DNA of 20,000 bases. Source: an uncultured virus (IMG/VR IMGVR_UViG_3300020255_000001) (Duplodnaviria > Heunggongvirae > Uroviricota > Caudoviricetes > Kyanoviridae). The stretch lies in IMG/VR virus record IMGVR_UViG_3300020255_000001. One strand, given 5' to 3'. This document shows, one piece after another, positions 9,200 through 15,655 of this stretch (position 1 is its first letter; every line of letters starts with the position of its first letter). A program made the translations under genes and the position numbers. The notes beneath the pieces were generated by a model. The model saw nothing but the letters and a program-made list of their open reading frames with translations, was not told the origin of the DNA and did not search any database.

Positions 9200-9748
9200 A
9201 TGTCTGTATTAAATGTCTTAGATACTACGACAGTGAGTGGTTCAGGTACTGCTTACATCGTCGTTAAAAGTGGAGTTGTACGTGCATATGCTGCATCTGC
9301 ATCAACCATAAAATTTGATAGCGGTCCTGCTATTACACTTGCAGCAGGGGAAGCAGTTTTGCTTTCAGTAGGTAAATCAAAAAATATTAGTATTACTGGT
9401 GCAACTAATGCTAACGGTTCAGTATTTACTGTTGCAGGTGGTGGACACGGTACAGGAGCAGGTGGTCGTCACAGTTTTGCTGTAGGAGATTTTGTTCAGA
9501 CTATAGATGGTGGTGACACAGGTTTTGGAACAGACTTTGAATCTGCTGCATCAGCAGGTAAGAAAGTGACAGCAGTTACTGACATAACAATTACTACAGA
9601 CATTGATGCGTCAGGTGCAGGTTCTGCATATTCAATTAGTGATGCTGATGTAATCGCTAACACCGTTCCTATGTTACAAAGAACTGTTAAGTTAACAGCA
9701 GGTTCTGCGGACGTAGTTGTAGAACAAGTACAAGTTGTCGGAGGTTGA
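9200..9748 (+). CDS. Hypothetical 182-aa Gly/Ala/Thr/Val-rich beta protein, probably virion structural
   Basis: Preceded by a late promoter. Composition and the ITGATNAN...HSFAVGDFV motif resemble beta-sandwich modules of phage structural proteins. Confidence 0.75.
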   Translation: MSVLNVLDTTTVSGSGTAYIVVKSGVVRAYAASASTIKFDSGPAITLAAGEAVLLSVGKSKNISITGATNANGSVFTVAGGGHGTGAGGRHSFAVGDFVQTIDGGDTGFGTDFESAASAGKKVTAVTDITITTDIDASGAGSAYSISDADVIANTVPMLQRTVKLTAGSADVVVEQVQVVGG

Positions 9749-9751
9749 TCC

Positions 9752-9895
9752 GTGGCGATACAAGATATTAATGGTCAATGGGTATGTGCATATTGTGGAT
9801 TGAAGTCTCCTAAAGGACATTGGAGACCTAAAACGTGGATTGAAAAACACGAAAAAAATTGTCCTAGACACCCATCTAATAATCAAGTAGCATAA
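9752..9895 (+). CDS. 47-aa C2HC zinc-finger microprotein (absent from the ORF track)
   Basis: GGAGG Shine-Dalgarno at 9740-9744, GTG start at 9752, translation MAIQDINGQWVCAYCGLKSPKGHWRPKTWIEKHEKNCPRHPSNNQVA. The stop TAA overlaps the next ATG (TAATG). Spacing is C-x2-C-x17-H-x3-C. Confidence 0.8.
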   Translation: MAIQDINGQWVCAYCGLKSPKGHWRPKTWIEKHEKNCPRHPSNNQVA

Positions 9896-11793
9896 TGAAC
9901 AATCTTCAATCATTTTCTAACTTTACTGAACACTGTGGTTGCGATCATAGTGAAGACAAAAAGAAAAAATCTAAAGTTACTAAAGAAGAGATCATAAAAG
10001 AATATGGTGATCCTACAGTTAGTAAGAGATTGAGAGTTGCTCGTGCGATTGATTCAACGTTTAGAGGTAAAGCACCAAAGTACAATAGTAAGCGTGCTAA
10101 AATTTCTAATGCTTTGAAGATGTCATCAATAAAAGCAGAGACAAAAAAAAGAAAGGCAAAAGAAAATCCATATTCAGCAGGTAAAAAATTAAAAGCAGCT
10201 CTTGGAATAAACAGTGAAGGTTATCTTCCAGAAGAGGGATATGATATTGCAAGAGATATGGGAATGGTAAAACCATCTAAAGATAAGAAAGATGCAACTA
10301 CTGCTAACCATACAAGAGAAACTGAGACTGATGCTCAAAGAAAATTACGTATGCTAAAGCAGCAGAAGAATACTGCTAGAGCAGTTGAGAATGTTAAACA
10401 AAGACTTAGAGATAAGTATGGTAAGAATGCCATAATGGATGTAGGTAAGAAAAATGAAGAAGTAGAACATCTTGATGAATTAAGTAAGACAACTACTGCG
10501 AACTATCTCTACCACGCAAAGGTAGATAAAAATTATGTTCACGGTGGCAAGATGGGTAAGTATGCAAAAGCGAGAGACAAAGGAATACAAAGAGCAGAGA
10601 AAAAACTAGGAAAAAAAGTTAGTGATAGAGTTAACTATGTTGCAGATACTGATACTCGCTCGATGAGACAAGATTCAAGTACATCAGCATACCCTAGAAA
10701 AATTAAGGTAAAAGAAGAAGTACAGTTAGAGAAAGTTAATCTAAGAGATAAGTCTACTCAGTATGCTAGAAGCACTAAAGAGGTAGATACTGCAATGACA
10801 GATCACGTCAATAGAACAAAAGGTAGACACTATGGTAAAGATGGTAAGGTCACAGAAGTTGGTCGTTATCGTAGACCAAGTAAGAGAGAAGCAAGAAATG
10901 AATTGATTGATTTGTATAAAGAAAGTTATGGTAGAGGTAGACTTACTAGCACTAATGATATGCAGAGTAAGTTATACGCTAAGAATAATAGTATGGGTAA
11001 ACCAAGAACTGATGATGAGATCAGGAAAGAAAAAGGTGGACAAGCATTTCTTGATAGAATCAAAGCAGCAAAATCAAAAATGAAAAGTGAAGGAACTTCT
11101 TATGGTCTCTACAAGGGAACTGGTAAACCATCAGGTCCTATGGCAGCGTTTGCTAAGAAAACTAAGAAGAAAAAAGAAGTAAAAGAAGAAATGGGTAATA
11201 TAGCACATACTAAAACTAAAAAAGGTGGAAAGACAATTATAAATGTAAATAAAAATGATGAGGCAGATGCACAGAAAGCAATGAAGAATGATCCAAAATA
11301 CATTCTTGGTAAGACTAGAGTGCAGTCATATAAAGAAGAATTTTATCAAAAAAGATATACTAGCAGTGGTTATAAACCTGTTGGTAAAAATAAGAGAATG
11401 GATCAGTCAAACAAAAGATCTGGTGATAGTAAAGCACAGTATAGAGACTTACATAAAGATCTTGCTAAGTATGGTCACGTTAAAACAGGTAAAGCAAGTA
11501 ACCTTAAAAGTGGTTTGAAGAGTTTCAAGGAATCTGCGTGGCAACGTAAAGAAGGAAAGAACCCTAGTGGTGGGTTAAATGAAAAGGGAAGAAAGTCTTA
11601 TGAAAGAGAAAATCCTGGTTCAGATCTCAAAGCACCTGTAACAGGTAGTCCAAAACCAGGTAGTAAGGCAGATAAAAGGCAAAACAATTTTTGCAAAAGA
11701 ATGGGTGGAATGAGAGGACCTATGAAAGATGAGAAAGGTAGACCAACTCGTAAAGCATTAGCACTTAAAAAATGGAACTGTCGTAGTTCCTAG
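9895..11793 (+). CDS. 632-aa very basic Lys/Arg-rich modular protein; putative internal-head polyprotein with C-terminal DUF6321-like domain
   Basis: Basic segments are separated by hydrophobic-x-E(E) motifs. The C-terminus SAWQRKEGKNPSGGLNEKGRKSYERENPGSDLKAPV...FCKRMGGM.GPMKDEKGRPTRKALALKKWNC (11533-11790) is recalled as a common T4-like phage domain. Confidence 0.75.
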   Translation: MNNLQSFSNFTEHCGCDHSEDKKKKSKVTKEEIIKEYGDPTVSKRLRVARAIDSTFRGKAPKYNSKRAKISNALKMSSIKAETKKRKAKENPYSAGKKLKAALGINSEGYLPEEGYDIARDMGMVKPSKDKKDATTANHTRETETDAQRKLRMLKQQKNTARAVENVKQRLRDKYGKNAIMDVGKKNEEVEHLDELSKTTTANYLYHAKVDKNYVHGGKMGKYAKARDKGIQRAEKKLGKKVSDRVNYVADTDTRSMRQDSSTSAYPRKIKVKEEVQLEKVNLRDKSTQYARSTKEVDTAMTDHVNRTKGRHYGKDGKVTEVGRYRRPSKREARNELIDLYKESYGRGRLTSTNDMQSKLYAKNNSMGKPRTDDEIRKEKGGQAFLDRIKAAKSKMKSEGTSYGLYKGTGKPSGPMAAFAKKTKKKKEVKEEMGNIAHTKTKKGGKTIINVNKNDEADAQKAMKNDPKYILGKTRVQSYKEEFYQKRYTSSGYKPVGKNKRMDQSNKRSGDSKAQYRDLHKDLAKYGHVKTGKASNLKSGLKSFKESAWQRKEGKNPSGGLNEKGRKSYERENPGSDLKAPVTGSPKPGSKADKRQNNFCKRMGGMRGPMKDEKGRPTRKALALKKWNCRSS

Positions 11794-11815
11794 ATAGTGT
11801 AACAGAAACTTTATT

Positions 11816-12433
11816 ATGCAACCTGACGTTATTGATTTATTTCCATCCACAGTTCTAAGATTCAGACACGATGACTCTGAGATAAGGGATGAACTTGAAA
11901 AAGTTATTAGTGATGTACAAGAGAAAGAACAATTAATTCTTCACTTCGGTGATGATCCTTCCAAGCAAGATCATTGGAGGGATTTTTTTCGTGCGTATGA
12001 AATGCCAAACTTAGAATCATATATTGCAGAGTGTGTTATTAAATATGTTGGTCACGATAATTGGAATATACCTGAGTCTTGGTTAAATATATACCCAACA
12101 GGTGCTAATCAGAATCAACATATGCACCCAGGATTTGAGTTGTCAGGATGTTATTATCATAAGACAAGTCCAGAACAAGGATTAATTAATTTTCATAGTC
12201 CACTTGTACAAGCAAGAATGAGTTGTTTTGCTACTTATCAAGAGATGGCAGTAGAAACATTCCCTGATACTTTGATATTATTTCCATCTTGGTTGGAACA
12301 TTCTACTACACAGAACTATTCAAGAGATCAAAAATATTCAATAGGATTTAATGTAAAGGTAAATAAAACAGGAGACTTTCCATTACACGGACAGTGGTAT
12401 GGAAACCATACAATAGTACACAATAAGAACTAA
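11816..12433 (+). CDS. 2OG-Fe(II) oxygenase superfamily protein (cyanophage TIGR02466-like)
   Basis: IDLFPS N-terminus, SWLNIY...NQHMHPG..LSGCYY (HxH), LILFPSWLEHS..N.S...KYSIGFN. Confidence 0.85.
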   Translation: MQPDVIDLFPSTVLRFRHDDSEIRDELEKVISDVQEKEQLILHFGDDPSKQDHWRDFFRAYEMPNLESYIAECVIKYVGHDNWNIPESWLNIYPTGANQNQHMHPGFELSGCYYHKTSPEQGLINFHSPLVQARMSCFATYQEMAVETFPDTLILFPSWLEHSTTQNYSRDQKYSIGFNVKVNKTGDFPLHGQWYGNHTIVHNKN

Positions 12434-12606
12434 TGGTTGTCTGGGGTGTTGTTATTATGATTGCAATACTTGTTGTAATAGTTACTTGGTATATCGTCTA
12501 TATACTAAGGACTGCATATATGGAGATGAACGATGGGAGCAATGGTTCCACCAAGCAGGAAGAGTTGCTACAACTTCCGAGTGACAGAGATAAACAGGGT
12601 AGTTGA
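12433..12606 (+). CDS. 57-aa single-pass membrane protein (absent from the ORF track)
   Basis: ATG overlaps the oxygenase stop (TAATG). Translation MVVWGVVIMIAILVVIVTWYIVYILRTAYMEMNDGSNGSTKQEELLQLPSDRDKQGS has a ~24-residue hydrophobic helix. It fills the gap before the nuclease gene and overlaps it by 74 nt. Confidence 0.7.
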   Translation: MVVWGVVIMIAILVVIVTWYIVYILRTAYMEMNDGSNGSTKQEELLQLPSDRDKQGS

Positions 12607-12997
12607 TGGTGACACTATTGACGTTACTATCGATCTAGGTTTTGATCTATACAAAAAAGAAAGGGTGAGAGTAGCAGGAGTCGATACTCCTGAGAAACGC
12701 ACCCGTGACTTGGAAGAGAAAGCATTAGGTATAGATGCTACTAATTGGATAAAAGAAAAATTGGAGGGTGCTATTGATGGAGAGTCTGAACTTACTATAC
12801 GAACTGAACTCAAGGGAGGGATGGGTAAGTATGGTCGTTTGCTTGGTTGGTTATATGTTGGTGATGAAGATGTATCTCTCAACGAGCAAATGATAACCGA
12901 AGGATATGCGTGGTCTTATGATGGTGGTACAAAGAAAAAAGACTTTGAGGAACTACGCGAAATTCGTCGTTCATATGGTACACTTGTAGCAGGTTAA
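12533..12997 (+). CDS. Staphylococcal nuclease (thermonuclease/SNase)-like endonuclease
   Basis: RVVDGDTIDV, ERVRVAGVDTPE, GKYGRLLG and LNEQMITEGYAW.Y are canonical SNase motifs. GGAG Shine-Dalgarno upstream. Confidence 0.9.
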   Translation: MGAMVPPSRKSCYNFRVTEINRVVDGDTIDVTIDLGFDLYKKERVRVAGVDTPEKRTRDLEEKALGIDATNWIKEKLEGAIDGESELTIRTELKGGMGKYGRLLGWLYVGDEDVSLNEQMITEGYAWSYDGGTKKKDFEELREIRRSYGTLVAG

Positions 12998-12999
12998 CT

Positions 13000-13689
13000 G
13001 TGACAAATCTTTGTGATGAGTTAGCGGATCTTATTCGCAGGAACATTAGTGATTTGCCTGACCTTGAGGTTATGGAATCGGATCATAGTGTTATAGAGCA
13101 CGAGAAAGTGACTATACACAATGAGATGTGGAAGTGCAAAGGACTCAGAAAATTACATATTGAAAGAGCGAATACTGACAAGATAGAGATCATCCACTGT
13201 GTTCTTTATCCAGATCCAGAATATCGTTTACCTATTTTTGGTTGTGACATTATCCAAACAACTTCAACTATTACTGCTGCTATTGTTGATGTGTCTCCTG
13301 TACACGGGGTGGATCTCAATCCTCAGTTATCAGTAGTTAGTGAAAAATATAAATTTAAAGACAAGAGACCTCTTCCTATATGGGCAGAGGATATATTCTC
13401 GAACCATTGTAAATTTGCTAGATTGAAAGATCAAAAAGCAAGAGATGATTTCTATACTGTAGTTCAGAAATATTTACTAATATATTGTAATGCTGTGAGA
13501 CACGCTAAGAAAGATCCACATTCTCCTTTTATACCAATAATGAAAAGATTAGATGATCAGTGTTGGTACTGTGTGTCTCAAAGAAAAAATCAAAAAACTA
13601 AAGCAGTATTGTCACAGTGGTTTGATCCCCTCTGGGCAGATAAATACATAAACAATGTCTTATTTGACAAACCTTGGAGTAAAGATTAA
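13000..13689 (+). CDS. pcyA: Phycocyanobilin:ferredoxin oxidoreductase (ferredoxin-dependent bilin reductase), auxiliary metabolic gene
   Basis: LRKLHIE (His74/Glu76 equivalents), IIHCVLYPDPEY.LPIFGCD (His88/Asp105 equivalents), AAIVDVSPV, RPLP.W..IFS..C.F.R, QRKN.KT..VL...F...WADKYI..VLFD. GTG start. Confidence 0.88.
   Translation: MTNLCDELADLIRRNISDLPDLEVMESDHSVIEHEKVTIHNEMWKCKGLRKLHIERANTDKIEIIHCVLYPDPEYRLPIFGCDIIQTTSTITAAIVDVSPVHGVDLNPQLSVVSEKYKFKDKRPLPIWAEDIFSNHCKFARLKDQKARDDFYTVVQKYLLIYCNAVRHAKKDPHSPFIPIMKRLDDQCWYCVSQRKNQKTKAVLSQWFDPLWADKYINNVLFDKPWSKD
13639..13646 (+). promoter_or_regulatory. T4-type late promoter GATAAATA embedded in the pcyA 3' end, upstream of gp17
   Basis: NATAAATA match ~43 nt before the gp17 ATG, encoded by the D-K-Y codons of pcyA. 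Confidence 0.55.
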
Positions 13690-15338
13690 TGGCAGAAAAT
13701 CAGATATACTTAGGCAACCCCAATCTTAAGAAAGCAAACGTTGCAACTAACTTCTCACCAGAACAGGTAAGAGAGTTTGTTAAATGTAGTAGAGATCCTG
13801 CATATTTTATTCGTAATTATATTAGGATCGTATCTCTTGATGAAGGTGTTATACCTTTTAATATGTACGATTTCCAAGAGGAGATGGTAAAAAGTTTTCA
13901 CGAGAATAGATTTAATATTGCTAAATTACCTAGACAGTCTGGTAAGTCAACTATTGTAACATCATATCTATTATGGTATGTAATTTTTAACGATAACGTC
14001 AATGTCGCAATCCTCGCAAACAAAGCCCCAACTGCTAGAGAAATGTTGGGACGCTTACAGTTATCTTATGAGAACCTTCCTAAATGGATGCAGCAAGGTA
14101 TTGTTGGTTGGAACAAGGGGTCAGTCGAATTGGAGAACGGATCTCGTCTCCTTGCTTCATCTACTTCTGCTTCTGCTGTTCGTGGGATGTCCTTTAATAT
14201 TATCTTCCTTGATGAGTTTGCGTTCGTTCCAAATAATATTGCTGAACAGTTCTTTGCTTCTGTTTATCCTACTATCTCATCTGGTAAATCTACAAAAGTT
14301 ATTATCATATCTACCCCACACGGGATGAATATGTATTATAAGATATGGCACGATGCAGAAAGAAATAAGAATGAATATGTTAATACAGAAGTGCACTGGT
14401 CACAGGTTCCAGGTAGAGATCAGAAGTGGAAAGAGCAAACTATAGCAAACACATCAGAAGCACAGTTCAGAGTTGAGTTTGAATGTGAGTTTCTAGGATC
14501 TGTAGATACACTAATTTCCGCAAGTAAATTAAGATTGATGGTTTATGAAGATCCTCTACACTCCAGTGTAGGACTGGATGTTTATGAAGATCCGATTGAC
14601 GGACACACTTATACAATGACTGTAGACGTAGCACGCGGAGTAGATGGTGACTATAGTGCATTTTGTATATTTGATACTACAGAACCTCCGTATAAATTAG
14701 TAGCAAAATATAGAAGTAATACAGTTAAACCCCTTTTATTCCCAGATATTATAGTCAAGACTGCAAGTGCATACAACCACGCTTTTGTATTAGTAGAAGT
14801 AAATGACGTTGGTGCACAGGTAGCAGACATCATACAGTATGATCTTGAGTATGACAATCTATTAATGTCTGCTATGCGTGGTAGAGCAGGACAAGTTATA
14901 GGACAAGGATTCTCTGGTGGTAAAGTACAACTTGGTGTAAAGATGTCTAGTGCTGTAAAGAAAGTTGGTTGTTCTAACTTAAAACAATTAATAGAAGATG
15001 ATAAGATGACTCTATGTGATTATGATATTATCTCAGAACTAACTACGTTTATTCAGAAAGGACAGTCGTGGCAAGCAGAAGAAGGATGTAATGATGACCT
15101 TGCTATGTGTTTAGTTATCTTTGCTTGGTTAGCAGTGCAACCATATTTCAAAGAGATACACGATAATGATGTTCGTGTAAAGATGTATGAAGAACAAAGA
15201 GAAGCAATAGAAGCAGATATGGCACCATTTGGTTTTGTTGATAATGGTATAGAAGATACAACATTTATTGATGAAGATGGTAACGTCTGGAACTCTGATC
15301 CTTATGGTGAAAGAACCTATATGTGGGAATATAGATGA
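13689..15338 (+). CDS. gp17: Terminase large subunit gp17
   Basis: YLGNPNLKKAN N-terminus, Walker A PRQSGKST, Walker B IIFLDEFAF, coupling motif ISTPHG, nuclease domain VDVARG..GDYS and NDDLAM. Confidence 0.98.
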   Translation: MAENQIYLGNPNLKKANVATNFSPEQVREFVKCSRDPAYFIRNYIRIVSLDEGVIPFNMYDFQEEMVKSFHENRFNIAKLPRQSGKSTIVTSYLLWYVIFNDNVNVAILANKAPTAREMLGRLQLSYENLPKWMQQGIVGWNKGSVELENGSRLLASSTSASAVRGMSFNIIFLDEFAFVPNNIAEQFFASVYPTISSGKSTKVIIISTPHGMNMYYKIWHDAERNKNEYVNTEVHWSQVPGRDQKWKEQTIANTSEAQFRVEFECEFLGSVDTLISASKLRLMVYEDPLHSSVGLDVYEDPIDGHTYTMTVDVARGVDGDYSAFCIFDTTEPPYKLVAKYRSNTVKPLLFPDIIVKTASAYNHAFVLVEVNDVGAQVADIIQYDLEYDNLLMSAMRGRAGQVIGQGFSGGKVQLGVKMSSAVKKVGCSNLKQLIEDDKMTLCDYDIISELTTFIQKGQSWQAEEGCNDDLAMCLVIFAWLAVQPYFKEIHDNDVRVKMYEEQREAIEADMAPFGFVDNGIEDTTFIDEDGNVWNSDPYGERTYMWEYR

Positions 15339-15565
15339 ACCTAGAGGACGAGTTAGAATTAGAACACCTGTTATTAGAAGATAGAAGGTGTCGTAAATGT
15401 CTTGTCACAAAAAATTTATTATCAGATTTTTACAAAACTAGAAAGGATAGAGGTAACTATCCATCTGCATTTGCGTATGAGTGTAAAGAATGTACTAAGA
15501 AGCGTGTTCAAGTACGTAGAAGAAATAAAAAGAGTCGTAAATGGTGTGACTATCCTGACTGGTAA
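15335..15565 (+). CDS. 76-aa C4 zinc-finger protein (resembles the Zn-ribbon N-terminus of phage HNH endonucleases)
   Basis: CRKC...K....DFY...YECKEC followed by a basic tail. ATGA overlap with the gp17 stop. Confidence 0.8.
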   Translation: MNLEDELELEHLLLEDRRCRKCLVTKNLLSDFYKTRKDRGNYPSAFAYECKECTKKRVQVRRRNKKSRKWCDYPDW

Positions 15566-15605
15566 ACAGTTCACGTTTTGTTTCCCCATCAGAAAGATCG
15601 GTATT

Positions 15606-15613
15606 AATAAATA
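15606..15613 (+). promoter_or_regulatory. T4-type late promoter AATAAATA for gp18; Shine-Dalgarno AAGGAG at 15641-15646
   Basis: Intergenic NATAAATA ~43 nt upstream of the gp18 ATG, followed by a strong SD. Confidence 0.75.
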
Positions 15614-15655
15614 ATTCTAGTAAAATTGGAAGCATTTTTCAAGGAGAATTAAACA

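Noticed and set aside
9692..9913. 73-aa minus-strand ORF
   Set aside because: The region is better explained by the plus-strand 47-aa Zn-finger gene, which has an SD and translational coupling.
13689..15338. Intein or intron in the terminase
   Set aside because: The 549-aa ORF is continuous and of normal length, with no splicing or homing-endonuclease motifs.
15402..15614. 70-aa alternative-frame ORF overlapping the C4 Zn-finger gene
   Set aside because: It has no motif and no SD, and runs into the gp18 promoter. The CxxC...CxxC frame coupled to gp17 is more credible.
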